A stretch of DNA of 64,000 bases. Origin: Herbinix sp. (lineage in GTDB: Bacteria; Bacillota; Clostridia; Lachnospirales; Lachnospiraceae). The stretch is taken from assembly GCA_029240245.1 (NCBI GenBank), contig JARBTJ010000001.1, forward strand, positions 63,273 through 127,272, written 5' to 3'. Below the pieces are notes generated by a model. That model saw only the letters and a program-made list of their open reading frames with translations, was not told where the DNA came from and did no database searches. The position numbers and the translations under genes are program-made. Numbering within the stretch: position 1 is the first letter of the stretch; the number at the start of each line of letters is the position of its first letter. Positions 52,193 through 63,445 of this stretch are shown here, piece after piece.

Positions 52193-52330
52193 TGTTAGTT
52201 ACTTGTTAGTTGTGTGTTAGTTACCGCAACAAATCCACACCTTTTCACGACATTCCAGAACTTCAAGAAGCCAGTAAATATGCGGTTTTGCACGATTCCA
52301 TATACGGCACAGACTATCTCTTTGAAAACT
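52193..52330. repeat. rpsI-proximal att site: three 11-bp TGTTAGTTAC repeats (52193-52225) and core at 52314
   Basis: Read directly; preceded by a minus-strand terminator at 52143-52185. Confidence 0.85.
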
Positions 52331-52706
52331 GTGGAGCACGACGAGCTGCTTTTAAGCCGTACTTCTTTCTTTCCTTCATTCTTGGATCTCTTGTTAAGAA
52401 ACCAGCTTTCTTAAGTGCCGGACGGTAGTCAGCGTCTGCATGTAATAATGCTCTGGAAATACCGTGTCTGATTGCACCAGCCTGACCAGTGAAGCCGCCG
52501 CCTTTTACGTTTACTAAAACGTCAAATTTGTCAGCTGTCTCTGTAATTGCTAGCGGTTGACGAACGATTAATTTCAAGGTCTCTAAACCAAAATAATTGT
52601 CCATATCTCTTTTATTTATAGTAACTTTACCTGTACCGGGTACTAAGTATACTCTAGCAATACTGCTTTTTCTTCTACCGGTTCCGTAATATCTTGCCTT
52701 AGCCAA
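52314..52706 (-). CDS. rpsI: 30S ribosomal protein S9
   Basis: [13 protein letters not shown]...[19 protein letters not shown]. Confidence 0.99.
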   Translation of the reverse strand: MAKARYYGTGRRKSSIARVYLVPGTGKVTINKRDMDNYFGLETLKLIVRQPLAITETADKFDVLVNVKGGGFTGQAGAIRHGISRALLHADADYRPALKKAGFLTRDPRMKERKKYGLKAARRAPQFSKR

Positions 52707-52726
52707 TGTTATTTCCTCCCTCTCAA

Positions 52727-53161
52727 TTAATATTTAATCTCTAATACTTCCGGTTTCTGTGCAGCATGATTGTGCTCAGGTCCCGCAAATACGTGTAATT
52801 TTGTAATCATGGATCTTCCCAAAGGTCCCTTTGGAAGCATTCCTTCTACTGCATGGATAATAACCTGGGTAGGCTTTTTCGCCATCATTTCAGCCAAAGT
52901 AGTTTCTCTCATACCGCCCGGGAAATCGGAGTGGTTATAATAGATCTTTTGCTGCATTTTCTTTCCTGTAACCTTAATCTTATCTGCGTTAACAACGATT
53001 ACATAATCACCTGTATCAATATGAGGTGTGTAAGTCGGTTTATTTTTACCTCTTAATATTTTTGCAATCTCCGAAGTGAGACGGCCTAATGTATGTCCAG
53101 ATGCATCAACTACATACCATTTCTTCTCTATTGTTGCCGGACTAGCCATAAAACTTTTCAT
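52727..53161 (-). CDS. rplM: 50S ribosomal protein L13
   Basis: KWYVVDA...[17 protein letters not shown]. Confidence 0.99.
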   Translation of the reverse strand: MKSFMASPATIEKKWYVVDASGHTLGRLTSEIAKILRGKNKPTYTPHIDTGDYVIVVNADKIKVTGKKMQQKIYYNHSDFPGGMRETTLAEMMAKKPTQVIIHAVEGMLPKGPLGRSMITKLHVFAGPEHNHAAQKPEVLEIKY

Positions 53162-53319
53162 CGGTTTACCTCCTTATGAAAATGTGTTCTTCAATATTGT
53201 TCTAATTTCATAACAACAGAATGAATTGCACTCACACATGATAAATTAGCATGCTAATTCACCTGTCATGTATTCACCAGTTATGAATAAATGACTCTTT
53301 CAAGTCATATAAAAATTTC

Positions 53320-53375
53320 ATTCACGATCTCAAATACTATTACCGGGGCTTTGGTTCAAGTATTCTCACGTCACG
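53320..53375 (-). promoter_or_regulatory. Possible L13 leader RNA
   Basis: Just downstream of a TTGACA...TATAAT promoter upstream of rplM; contains GCCCCGG within a stem. Confidence 0.35.
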
Positions 53376-53490
53376 ATTCATAATTATATAATATGTTGCC
53401 GGGTGTGTCAAGCAGTTTCCAAAAAGTATTCCTCTATTTACTACAGATTTACTACAGAATTTCCGTTTTTCCATCGAAGAGACTCTCAAA

Positions 53491-54620
53491 TTAACGCTTC
53501 TTCATCTTTTGAATGATAAAATACATCAAAATACCTGCTGCAAGAATCACTGCTGCCATCACAGCAACTATTACAATTTTGGTCTTGTTATCTTTTGTTT
53601 TTACCTGAAGCTGACTCATGCAGGTTCTTAATAGTTCCTCCTGCTCTGTAAGCTCTTCCTGATTGAGCGCCTCACTCATAACCACCTTAGCCTTTTGAAT
53701 CGATTCCTGAAGGCTTATAAAGGATTCAGGAGTGTACTTCTCCGGTACATTGGCTTCCGCTTCTGTGATTAAATCATTTAAACCACTTTCTTCTAAAATG
53801 ATTTCCTCATAAGGCATAATTATGTATGTTTCATCTTTTTTTGTCTCAAAGCGAAAGGTTTCCTCATCATATCCGTCCAGGCTACTTTTTGTAGTTTTTA
53901 TTACCCAGCCCTTTGAATTTCGTACTATGATTCCTTCCTTCCACGGAGCTACGATGGTACAATCCCAACCCAATTTACTTTTTAGTGATAATTCGGTTAC
54001 TGCTGCCGCTTCACTGTCATATCCCGCGGATACGATAAAGCCGTTTTTCGCTTTCAACCCCGCAAAGGAAGCATTTTTATCTGACAGCTAATTAGGAAAA
54101 ATTTCAATCATATCATTCTCACTGTTTAACAGCATCTGATTGACCGCTTCCATTTTCAACTGTTACGGCATTTTTTGCCTCCGCACCTAGAATTATGGTA
54201 GACATAGCAGCTTCCGAGATATATCCTTCCGGCTGTCTCGTGTCCTTGGTACGTCTGGTAACTACCACTCTGTCGTCATGTATCACGGCACTGGTGGGAT
54301 AAGTTTGATTATCCGCCTTTGCCCAGATTTGTACTTCAAGGTCAACCGGCTGGCCAACCTAGGACTTAAGCTCGGTGACCAGAATATTCCTATCTGTTGA
54401 CAGCCAGGTTTTCATTTCTAGTAAGGCATCCGCAATTACTGTCTGTGTTGATATTTCAGCGTTTTAGATATCCTGCTTCTCATACAGTGCATTTTTCGGT
54501 TCTTTATTCGCCTGAGCATCTACAGGCCCTCGTCAACAGTACCTTCCGTGCCGGCAGCAAAAACTTAAAGGTAGCATTATTACAAATCTCTTCTGCATTG
54601 GCTTGCGAACTACTAAACGT
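53491..54620 (-). pseudogene. Degraded surface glycoside-hydrolase-like gene (GH95-like C-terminal segment, FIVAR-like repeat, C-terminal TM anchor)
   Basis: MEAVNQMLL..ENDMIEIFPN*...ASFAGLKAKNGFIVSA; YTPESF..LQ..I..AK; several stops upstream. Confidence 0.55.
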
Positions 54621-54730
54621 AGGACACAATTTCTTCGAAATAAAAAAATCCGACTTAAGTTTCCCCAAGCCGGATTACATTTCGATATTAACTTAATTTA
54701 TACATCCTCTCAAATTCTTTGAGTCACCTA

Positions 54731-55420
54731 TTAAATTTCTTCTGCAAATTCGACTCCTTCTAAAGAGCAGATTTTTGCTACAACATCCAGACGCATCTTC
54801 TTTTCCTTCAAATGAAGGGTCATGATTGCCGCTATAGTGGCACCGGATACATAGGATGGCTTAACGATTTCAATGGAGTCTATTTGGATGCTGTAGGCCT
54901 TAATTGCGTCCAGTATTGTAGTAATGGAGGCTGAATTCCCGAATTCTATATAAATATCCAGAATTTTAGATTTTGACAGCATAAAATTATCTAATCGATG
55001 TAGAACTATGGTAGTAAAAGCGATTAGAATACAGGAGAATATGGCCGCCTTATAAAAGCCAATTCCAATGGCCAGACCCATGCAGGCAGTTGCCCATAGG
55101 CCGGCTGCTGTGGTAAGTCCTTTCACCTGATGCCTTCCGGTAACAATAATTGTTCCCGCACCCAGAAAACCGATACCTGAAATCACCTGTGCGGCCATTC
55201 GCGTCGGATCACCGATATTAAATTCCTGAAATGCATATTGGTTTGTCATGATTGCTAAAGTAGAACCCAGACAAACCAGAATATGGGTACGTAATCCAGC
55301 CGGCCGCCCTGCTCTTCCTCGTTCCAGGCCGATGGCTCCGCCCAGAATTACCGCCAACGACAAACGCAAAACCACTGTGGTATCATTAATTGTTGTAATA
55401 TTATCAAAAAAATCAAACAT
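54731..55420 (-). CDS. MgtC/SapB-family protein
   Basis: IGLERG...AGLRTH, DPTRMAAQVISGIGFLGAG, GLTTAAGLW. Confidence 0.93.
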   Translation of the reverse strand: MFDFFDNITTINDTTVVLRLSLAVILGGAIGLERGRAGRPAGLRTHILVCLGSTLAIMTNQYAFQEFNIGDPTRMAAQVISGIGFLGAGTIIVTGRHQVKGLTTAAGLWATACMGLAIGIGFYKAAIFSCILIAFTTIVLHRLDNFMLSKSKILDIYIEFGNSASITTILDAIKAYSIQIDSIEIVKPSYVSGATIAAIMTLHLKEKKMRLDVVAKICSLEGVEFAEEI

Positions 55421-55530
55421 ACTTGCACCCCTAAATTATTAATTATCCTATCGCGTAACTTTATACATCCATACTTCTTCTGAATCGTAAATGTATACTA
55501 TAGCAGTAATAAATGCACGTTCCGAATAAA

Positions 55531-56271
55531 CTACAACGCATAATCGATGGAAACCAGGGTTAAACCCTCCGGAAGCGCCGTTGGTCCGCCAAGACTTCGG
55601 TCACAGCCCTTAAGTATTTCCTGCACTCTAGCCGGTGGATAGGCTCCTCTTCCAACCTCAATTAAGGTTCCGGCGATAATCCGAACCATATTATAAAGAA
55701 AACCACTGCCGGTTACACGAATAGTAATCAAATCTCCGACCTTGGTAACATCAAGCCCATAAATCGTCCGGACAGTATCCGTAACCTGCGTTTTTACGGA
55801 GCAAAAGCTTTTAAAATCATGTTCGCCTACCAGATAAGCACAAGCTTCCTGCATTGCCTCCGGATTTAATTCATAATAAATAAAATTAGAATACAACCGC
55901 TCGGTGGGAAGTGCAATCCGTCGGTTTAGGATACGGTATTCATAAGTTTTTCTGCAGCATACTTTTCTTGGATGGAAATCAGCGGCTACCTCGGCGGAGC
56001 TTTGTACCCGGATATCCTCAGGCAGCCGTTGATTTACGGCCAGGCATATCTTCTCTGCCGGTATTCTGTTGTCGGTATCAAATACAGCCACATTGCCATA
56101 AGCATGAACCCCGGAATCTGTTCTGCTGGCACCGATTACTGTAATTTCTTCTCCCAAAAGTTCCGTCAGTGCTTTATTAAGAACAGCTTCCACGGTTATT
56201 TGCTTCGGCTGCAACTGCCAGCCGCAGTATCTGGTACCGTCATATGCTATTACAAGTTTTATTCGCTTCAT
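55531..56271 (-). CDS. truA: tRNA pseudouridine(38-40) synthase
   Basis: YDGT.YCGWQ, GASRTDSGVHA, GFLYNMVR; ATG 56271 preferred. Confidence 0.96.
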   Translation of the reverse strand: MKRIKLVIAYDGTRYCGWQLQPKQITVEAVLNKALTELLGEEITVIGASRTDSGVHAYGNVAVFDTDNRIPAEKICLAVNQRLPEDIRVQSSAEVAADFHPRKVCCRKTYEYRILNRRIALPTERLYSNFIYYELNPEAMQEACAYLVGEHDFKSFCSVKTQVTDTVRTIYGLDVTKVGDLITIRVTGSGFLYNMVRIIAGTLIEVGRGAYPPARVQEILKGCDRSLGGPTALPEGLTLVSIDYAL

Positions 56272-56288
56272 ACGTTTACTCCGTGAAC

Positions 56289-57104
56289 TTACAAGATTGT
56301 TTTCTCCAATACTTTGACAGTAATAACGGAGGCTATATAAATTAGCAACATCAGATATCCGAAATAATCTCTTTTCCAATATTTTAACGGCTTCATTTTC
56401 GTACGACCTTCACCGCCACGGTAGCATCTTGCTTCCATCGCCATAGCAAGATCATTCGCCCTTCGAAAGGCTGATACAAATAGGGGAACCAGCAGAGGAA
56501 TCAGGCTCTTGGCTCGTTTTAGCACACCACCGGATTCAAAGTCTGCACCTCTTGCCATCTGTGCCCTCATTATTTTATCGGTTTCCTCCAAAAGAATGGG
56601 AATAAAACGCAGTGCAATGGACATCATCATTGAGATCTCATGTACCGGAACCTTAATATGACGCAGTGGCCATAATAATCTTTCCAAACCATCTGTCAAT
56701 TGATTTGGCGTTGTTGTTAATGTCATCAGAGAGGACCCTAAAATCAGGCAAATAAGACGGATTCCCATAAAGCCAGCTGATTTTAATCCTTCCGCTGTAA
56801 TTCTAATGACTCCCCATTTGAAAAGCTCCGTTTCTCCCTGGGTGAAAAACAAATTAAAAAACAGCATAAATAATAAAATTACAATAATCGACTTTAAACC
56901 CTTCATGATAAAACGAAAGGGCACCTTCGACAGCTTTATCATTGAGAATAAAAATAAGATTACTGCGATATAGCCGTAAAAGGTATCAAATAAGAACAAT
57001 GATACGATATACAGGAAGGTACCTGTTAGCTTAACTCTCGGATCTAGCCGATGAATTATGGAATTCGTAGGATAATATTGTCCTATGGTAATATCTCTGA
57101 TCAT
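56289..57104 (-). CDS. ecfT: ECF transporter transmembrane component T
   Basis: LDPRVK, ALRFIP, AQMARG, AMEARCY. Confidence 0.95.
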   Translation of the reverse strand: MIRDITIGQYYPTNSIIHRLDPRVKLTGTFLYIVSLFLFDTFYGYIAVILFLFSMIKLSKVPFRFIMKGLKSIIVILLFMLFFNLFFTQGETELFKWGVIRITAEGLKSAGFMGIRLICLILGSSLMTLTTTPNQLTDGLERLLWPLRHIKVPVHEISMMMSIALRFIPILLEETDKIMRAQMARGADFESGGVLKRAKSLIPLLVPLFVSAFRRANDLAMAMEARCYRGGEGRTKMKPLKYWKRDYFGYLMLLIYIASVITVKVLEKTIL

Positions 57105-57970
57105 AATGTACTCTCTTTCCCGGTAAGACCAAATAACCTTACTATCTCTTGCTGTGCTTCCCCTATGGTTGTTACATCCGTAGGCACAGCATAACCTTTT
57201 TCTTTTAATGCATTCATAACATAAGTCACCTGAGGAGCAGCAAGTTGCATATCCTCCAGCTCCTTATACCGTGAAAATACTTCTTTTGTCGTATGACTCA
57301 TCACAAGCTCGCCCTGGTTCATTACTAACAAACGATCGGCGTACTTAGCTACATCCTCCATACTGTGTGTAACTAAAATAATTGTGATGCCGCTTTCCTT
57401 ATGGAGCAGTGCGATCTGATCAAGGATATCATCCCTGCCCTTCGGATCTAAGCCTGCGGTTGGCTCATCCAATATAAGTACCTCCGGCTTCATAGCCAGA
57501 ACACCGGCAATAGCTACTCTGCGCTTTTGTCCGCCAGACAATTCAAACGGGGAGGCGTCTAATAAATCATCTCCGATTCCAACCATTTTAAGGGCTTCAT
57601 AGGTTCTCATTTCTATTACTAATTTTTCTAAACCGAGATTTGTCGGACCAAACATAACATCCTTAAATACGGTCGTCTCAAACAACTGGTGTTCCGGATA
57701 CTGAAATACCAGCCCCACTTTGCTTCTTAATTTTTTCATACTATATTTAGGCTCATAAATATCCTCACCATTAAAATATATATGGCCGCTGGTTGCCTTT
57801 ACGAGTCCGTTCATATGTTGTATCAGGGTGGATTTTCCGGAGCCGGTATGTCCAATCAACCCAATGAATTCACCTTTATTTATGGTAAAATTAATGTCCT
57901 TAATGGCGTGCCGTTCAAAGGCTGTACCTGGATTATAAACATAATTTATATGATCAAATATTATCTGCAA
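57101..57970 (-). CDS. ecfA2: ECF transporter ATPase A2
   Basis: GHTGSGKS, FQYPEHQLFE, SPFELSGGQKRR. Confidence 0.95.
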   Translation of the reverse strand: MQIIFDHINYVYNPGTAFERHAIKDINFTINKGEFIGLIGHTGSGKSTLIQHMNGLVKATSGHIYFNGEDIYEPKYSMKKLRSKVGLVFQYPEHQLFETTVFKDVMFGPTNLGLEKLVIEMRTYEALKMVGIGDDLLDASPFELSGGQKRRVAIAGVLAMKPEVLILDEPTAGLDPKGRDDILDQIALLHKESGITIILVTHSMEDVAKYADRLLVMNQGELVMSHTTKEVFSRYKELEDMQLAAPQVTYVMNALKEKGYAVPTDVTTIGEAQQEIVRLFGLTGKESTL

Positions 57971-58047
57971 TTATCTCACCTGCTTACTTGAGAAAAGACC
58001 TTTATCAAAAGGTTCTCTCAGAATTAATTATAGATATACTGCTTACT

Positions 58048-58896
58048 TTATACATTTGTAAGCGACTGTATAAATTCTTCCACGGTTAAAATGCCCATTG
58101 GAAGATTAATCCCGGACTTTTTCAACTCATGCGCCAATTCCGTCACCTGAGGAACATCCAGGCGGAAACTTTTTAGTTCGTCCACGTGCGAAAATATTTC
58201 CCGGGGAGTCCCCTGCATTACTACTTTCCCCCGATTCATAACGATTACCTTATCTGCATACGTGACTTCGTCCATATGGTGCGTAATCAGCAGCACGGTA
58301 ACCTTCTCTTTTTTATTTAAAGCTCTGACCGTGGAAATAACCTCTTTACGCCCATTCGGATCCAGCATAGCAGTCGGTTCATCCAATACGATACATTCCG
58401 GTTTCATGGCCATGATTCCGGCAATGGCTACTCTTTGCTTCTGCCCTCCGGAAAGCTTATTCGGGGATAGGTTACGAAATTCAAGCATTCCGACCGCTTT
58501 AAGGCTTTCCTCTACCCGCTTCCATATTTCTTCGGTCTCGATTCCCATGTTTTCCGGACCAAACCCTACGTCCTCTTCTACCACGGTAGCAATAATCTGG
58601 TTATCCGGATTTTGAAATACCATTCCAGCCGTCTGCCTGATTTCCCAGACATTCTCTTCCTCCTTGGTATTCAATCCATTGACCCAGATGCTGCCCTCCG
58701 TTGGATATAAAATAGCATTGATATGTTTCGCCAGTGTAGACTTACCGGAACCATTTGCTCCAAGAATCGCTATGAATTCACCCTTTTGTACACTAAGACT
58801 GATATTATCAATTGCCTTGTTAATCGACTCGACATCACCATTCTCATCGCGTCTGATATATTCAAATGAAAGGTCTTCCACCTTAATCATATCCAT
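58048..58896 (-). CDS. ecfA1: ECF transporter ATPase A1
   Basis: [23 protein letters not shown]. Confidence 0.95.
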   Translation of the reverse strand: MDMIKVEDLSFEYIRRDENGDVESINKAIDNISLSVQKGEFIAILGANGSGKSTLAKHINAILYPTEGSIWVNGLNTKEEENVWEIRQTAGMVFQNPDNQIIATVVEEDVGFGPENMGIETEEIWKRVEESLKAVGMLEFRNLSPNKLSGGQKQRVAIAGIMAMKPECIVLDEPTAMLDPNGRKEVISTVRALNKKEKVTVLLITHHMDEVTYADKVIVMNRGKVVMQGTPREIFSHVDELKSFRLDVPQVTELAHELKKSGINLPMGILTVEEFIQSLTNV

Positions 58897-59455
58897 GCTG
58901 TTTCCTCATTTCCAAACGATACTTTTCCTCTTATTAAATCAATCCTTATATTACACAAGATTATACAGCAAAATCGTATAAAAACAATACTAAATTTTAA
59001 ACACGCGCCAGAAGACGTAATACGGAATAAATTAGATCGAATAAATTAAATTATGCTCTTTAAAATCAACTTTAAAAATAACGTATTCTTATTTCCTACA
59101 AACACATTACAATAACATTATCCCAAACCAATATGTACCCTATTCCAAGCTCGTAATTGTGTCCATTTCAACTCTTTTCGTTTCTCCTTGGCGGAATATA
59201 TCCATTTTATCTATTTAATGTCTTAAAATCGATTACGCGATGGTCCTATGGCTTTTGCCTACCCCTATTAGTTATGATAGTACTCCACAGTTGCGAATGA
59301 AGTTATTTTACCTAATGCAGAACAGAACAACCGAGTATCCTTATACTTAGTTTATATAAACCTATATTAAAAAGGAGACGGTACCTTTGCAAGTACAACG
59401 TCCCCTTCTATTTTTGACAAGCGCATTATGTTCATAATCACTTGTATGTCTTTTA

Positions 59456-59992
59456 CTAAACCAGCTCGATTAATACTTCCATAGCTGCATCGCCTTTACG
59501 AGGTCCAATCTTTACGATTCTTGTGTAACCACCGTTACGGTTTACATACTTAGGTGCAATTTCATCGAATAACTTATCAGATAAGTTAATTTCCTTTGTG
59601 TTTCTTTTCTTGCCTGCATTTTCCTTCGGCACTTCAGTAACAGGGTAAAGGTATTTCATCATCTGCTTTCTTGCGTGAAGACGAGTAGCATTATCTTTCT
59701 TAACTGTCTTCTCAACATTATCATAAACAGTAACTTTTTTACCGTTTACAACTTCCTTTACTCTTTTACCTTCTTTATCCTTACGAGCAACTTTAGCTGT
59801 TACAGTTACCGTCTGGAAATTATCTTTTTCCTTAACAGCAAGTGCGATCATGCCTTCAGCAATGCCACGAATCTCTTTCGCCTTGGACTCGGTAGTAACA
59901 ATTTTACCGTTATATAATAAATTTGTCACCTGGTTTCTTAGCAAAGCTTTTCTCTGGCTTGAAGTTCTTCCAAGCTTTCTATAACCTGCCAT
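59456..59992 (-). CDS. rplQ: 50S ribosomal protein L17
   Basis: [16 protein letters not shown]...[10 protein letters not shown]. Confidence 0.97.
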   Translation of the reverse strand: MAGYRKLGRTSSQRKALLRNQVTNLLYNGKIVTTESKAKEIRGIAEGMIALAVKEKDNFQTVTVTAKVARKDKEGKRVKEVVNGKKVTVYDNVEKTVKKDNATRLHARKQMMKYLYPVTEVPKENAGKKRNTKEINLSDKLFDEIAPKYVNRNGGYTRIVKIGPRKGDAAMEVLIELV

Positions 59993-60040
59993 TTTATTCC
60001 CTCCTTTGAGCTTTTATAAAACGCCTTTTCAAATATCTAT

Positions 60041-61000
60041 TTAGTCATCGCTTTGGTTTAAGGATAACCCAAGCTCTTTTAATTTTGCTAGTACTTCTTC
60101 TAACGATTTACGTCCAAGGTTCCTTACCTTCATCATGTCTTCTGCAGTCTTGTTGGTAAGTTCCTCAACCGTATTAATTCCGGCTCTCTTTAAGCAGTTG
60201 TAGGAACGAACGGATAACTCCAGTTCGTCTATGTTCATCTCAAGAACCTTTTCTTTCTCGTTGTCTTCTTTTTCTACCATAATCTCAGCAGTTTTTGCAT
60301 GCTCAGACAGGTCGATAAAGGAATTCAGATGCTCACTTAATACCTTCGCTGCTAAACTTACGGCCTCATCGGGTACAAGCGTTCCGTTGGTATATACATC
60401 CAAGGTAAGCTTATCAAAATCAGTGATTTGTCCTACACGGGTATTCTCTACAGAAAGGTTTACACGCTCTACAGGAGTATAAATGGAATCAACCGGAATA
60501 ACTCCGATTGGCAGATCATCATTTTTATTCTTATCTGCACTTACATATCCTCTTCCATTTGTAATTGTTAATTCCATATAAAGTCTGCTGTCTGCACCAC
60601 CGCATAAGGTAGCAATCACCTGATCGGGATTGAGTATTTCAATATCCGGGTCAGCCTGAATATCCCCTGCTGTCACTACAACTTCACCTTCCACCTCGAT
60701 ATATGCGGTTTTGGGTTCATTCGTATCGCTTGTGTTCTTGATTGCTAAGCTTTTTATATTCATGATGATTTCGGTAACATCCTCCTTAACTCCAGGAATT
60801 ACACTGAACTCATGAACAACACCGTCAATCTTAATTTGACTTACAGCAGAGCCCGGCAAGGATGATAGCATAATTCTTCTAAGAGAATTACCTAAGGTTG
60901 TGCCATAGCCTCTCTCTAAGGGTTCCACTACAAAACGACCAAACTTTTTATCTTCGGATATTTCTGCAATCTCTATTTTGGGTTTTTCAAAATCAAACAC
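60041..61000 (-). CDS. rpoA: RNA polymerase alpha subunit
   Basis: [17 protein letters not shown]; [14 protein letters not shown]. Confidence 0.99.
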   Translation of the reverse strand: MFDFEKPKIEIAEISEDKKFGRFVVEPLERGYGTTLGNSLRRIMLSSLPGSAVSQIKIDGVVHEFSVIPGVKEDVTEIIMNIKSLAIKNTSDTNEPKTAYIEVEGEVVVTAGDIQADPDIEILNPDQVIATLCGGADSRLYMELTITNGRGYVSADKNKNDDLPIGVIPVDSIYTPVERVNLSVENTRVGQITDFDKLTLDVYTNGTLVPDEAVSLAAKVLSEHLNSFIDLSEHAKTAEIMVEKEDNEKEKVLEMNIDELELSVRSYNCLKRAGINTVEELTNKTAEDMMKVRNLGRKSLEEVLAKLKELGLSLNQSDD

Positions 61001-61151
61001 AACAGGACCCTCCTTCTGGGTATTTTGAGTTGATTAATACTCAATATAATTGAATTTGCATAGCATATTATTAATCATTCCTATATCCATAAGATAAGAA
61101 ACATATCCCGATCATATAGAATAATAAAAAATATGCGATACGGACTTCTAA

Positions 61152-61748
61152 TTATTTGGAATACAACTCGACAATTAGAACTTCGTTTACCGGAACATCA
61201 ATCTGGTCTCTTGTAGGAATTTCCTTAACAACACCTGTAAAAGCTTCATGATTTGCCTCAAGCCATGCAGGTACAGTCCTTCCGTCCGTAACCTCAAAGA
61301 TATCCTTATATCTCTGTGTATTTTTAAATTTCTCTTTGATTTCGATCTTATCGCCTGCTTTTAATGTATAAGACGGAATGTTTACACAACTTCCGTTAAC
61401 TAATACATGCTTATGATCAACGACCTGTCTAGCTTCTTTTCTGGTTCTTCCATAGCCTAAACGGAACATAACGTTATCAAGTCTAAGCTCTAAAAGGGAA
61501 ATTAAGTTCTCACCTGCAGTACCGTTCTTCATTTTCTGTGCTCTAGCAAATAAGTTTCTGAAAGGCTGCTCTAACATGCCATAGATAAACTTTGCTTTTT
61601 GCTTTTCTCTTAACTGGTTACCATATTCACTTGTCTTTTTGCCAGCTCTTCTAAATGCTCTGTTCGATTTCTTATCGATTCCTAAATAAACGGGCTCCAG
61701 ACCAAGGGATCTACATTTCTTTAAAACTGGACTCATATCTCTTGCCAT
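61152..61748 (-). CDS. rpsD: 30S ribosomal protein S4
   Basis: SEYGNQLREKQK, LELRLDN, IVELYSK. Confidence 0.98.
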   Translation of the reverse strand: MARDMSPVLKKCRSLGLEPVYLGIDKKSNRAFRRAGKKTSEYGNQLREKQKAKFIYGMLEQPFRNLFARAQKMKNGTAGENLISLLELRLDNVMFRLGYGRTRKEARQVVDHKHVLVNGSCVNIPSYTLKAGDKIEIKEKFKNTQRYKDIFEVTDGRTVPAWLEANHEAFTGVVKEIPTRDQIDVPVNEVLIVELYSK

Positions 61749-61763
61749 ATTAATTACCTCCCA

Positions 61764-62171
61764 TCAGACTCTTCTGCGTTTTGGCGGACGGCATCCGTTA
61801 TGAGGAACCGGAGTTACATCCTTAATGCTGGTTACTTCGATACCGCATGCCTGAAGCGCACGAATTGCTGCTTCTCTTCCTTGACCCGGACCTTTAACCA
61901 TAACTTCAACTGATTTTAAACCATGTACAAGTGCTGCCTTAGCTGCTGTTTCTGCTGCCATTTGTGCTGCATAAGCTGTTGATTTCCTTGAACCTCTAAA
62001 GCCTAATCCACCGGCACTTGCCCAAGAAAGTGCATTACCTTCTGCATCTGTCAGCGTAACAATTGTATTGTTAAAAGATGACTGAATGTGTGCCTGTCCA
62101 CGATCAACGTTCTTTTTCACACGCTTCTTTGTCACTTTTTTTGCTGCTGTTGTAGCTATTTTCTTAGCCAT
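61764..62171 (-). CDS. rpsK: 30S ribosomal protein S11
   Basis: HIQSSFNNT...[18 protein letters not shown]. Confidence 0.99.
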   Translation of the reverse strand: MAKKIATTAAKKVTKKRVKKNVDRGQAHIQSSFNNTIVTLTDAEGNALSWASAGGLGFRGSRKSTAYAAQMAAETAAKAALVHGLKSVEVMVKGPGQGREAAIRALQACGIEVTSIKDVTPVPHNGCRPPKRRRV

Positions 62172-62308
62172 TTAACAAAACCTCCTATTGGATTATTCGT
62201 AGTAGTTGAAAACCCAATCCATGTGCTTCCATCTACAATTGACAAGTGTTCAACCTGCCAATTCAAAATCTATCTTCCTATTTTAATATACTTCGTTGCG
62301 GTTCAAAG

Positions 62309-62677
62309 TTATTTCTTCTTATTAGCAACAGTTCTTCTAGGACCTTTTCTTGTTCTTGCGTTCGTCTTGGTTTTCTGACCGCGAACCGGAAGGCCTTTTC
62401 TGTGACGGATTCCTCTATAGCATCCAATTTCCTGTAATCTCTTAATATTAAGTGCGATTTCTCTTCTTAAATCACCCTCAACCTGCTGTGACGCATCGAT
62501 CACATCACGAATTCTTCCTACTTCATCGTCAGTTAAATCCCTAACACGTGTGTCAGGATTAACATTTGCCTCAGCAAGAATACGATTCGCGCTTACCCTA
62601 CCGATACCAAAAATATAGGTAAGACCGATTTCTACACGTTTCTCTCTTGGTAAATCTACACCACTGATACGAGCCAT
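62309..62677 (-). CDS. rpsM: 30S ribosomal protein S13
   Basis: [10 protein letters not shown]...[18 protein letters not shown]. Confidence 0.99.
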   Translation of the reverse strand: MARISGVDLPREKRVEIGLTYIFGIGRVSANRILAEANVNPDTRVRDLTDDEVGRIRDVIDASQQVEGDLRREIALNIKRLQEIGCYRGIRHRKGLPVRGQKTKTNARTRKGPRRTVANKKK

Positions 62678-63163
62678 GTGCTTATTACACCTCCAAAATT
62701 ATTGTTGTTTTCAAAGCGATACCGGTTACTCACCTGGCACCGATTTGTCCTAAACCGGAAAAGCACGCATTGCTAGTTTCTCCGATTGGCGGGAGTATCC
62801 ACAATCATCGAGATCATCGAAATGATTGTTCCCTTTGTCTTCGCGAAAATAATACCGTAATTCCTACTTAAAGCAGTATTACGTCAGCCGCTTTAAATTG
62901 TGACAAACAAGACAATCAACTTGTTCACTAAGTCTTTGTGATGACGGCACAGGACTTAAGACAGCTTCTTGACGGCTGAAGGCCGCAAGGCTGCCCACAA
63001 TATCACAATAATTCCGCTATTTTCATGTTCATTAAGAATTTTTCCATTATTTCATGGTAATCTTCCAAACTCATTCAATGATAGACGGATGATTGTAACA
63101 CAAAAAGCCAGACCTGGATTATATAAAACAACAGTGAGCCGAAATTGCTCCAACTATTGTATA

Positions 63164-63277
63164 TTAGCCTTGTCTTTGTTTGTGTTTAGGGTTTTCACAG
63201 ATAACTCTGATACTACCCTTTCTTTTAATGATTTTGCATTTCTCACAAATTGGTTTTACTGATGACCTTACTTTCAC
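63164..63277 (-). CDS. rpmJ: 50S ribosomal protein L36 (not in the ORF track)
   Basis: GTG start; [37 protein letters not shown]. Confidence 0.97.
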   Translation of the reverse strand: MKVRSSVKPICEKCKIIKRKGSIRVICENPKHKQRQG

Positions 63278-63445
63278 AGTAATTCACCCCTTTCAAAAAA
63301 GTCCGTTTACTATTATATCATCATAGTGATATATTAGCAAGTAATATTTTTATAGCATATACTAGTAAAAATAGTAAATCTACAGATGAAGTAATTTTTT
63401 CTCACCTGTCATGAAACTTACTATGCTTTCATGCAAATTTTAAGG

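Larger units (their letters stand above)
44493..52330. mobile_element. Integrative mobilisable element (about 7.8 kb) inserted at the 3' end of rpsI
   Basis: Core direct repeats at 44493 and 52314; TGTTAGTTAC arms at both ends; int, xre, xis-like, AAA, oriT-like and mobV. Confidence 0.92.

Noticed and set aside
53437-53460. TTTACTACAGA duplicated
   Set aside because: Two-copy 11-bp duplication with no supporting context
59456-59992. Unusually long L17 (178 aa)
   Set aside because: The internal insertion is usual for Lachnospiraceae L17
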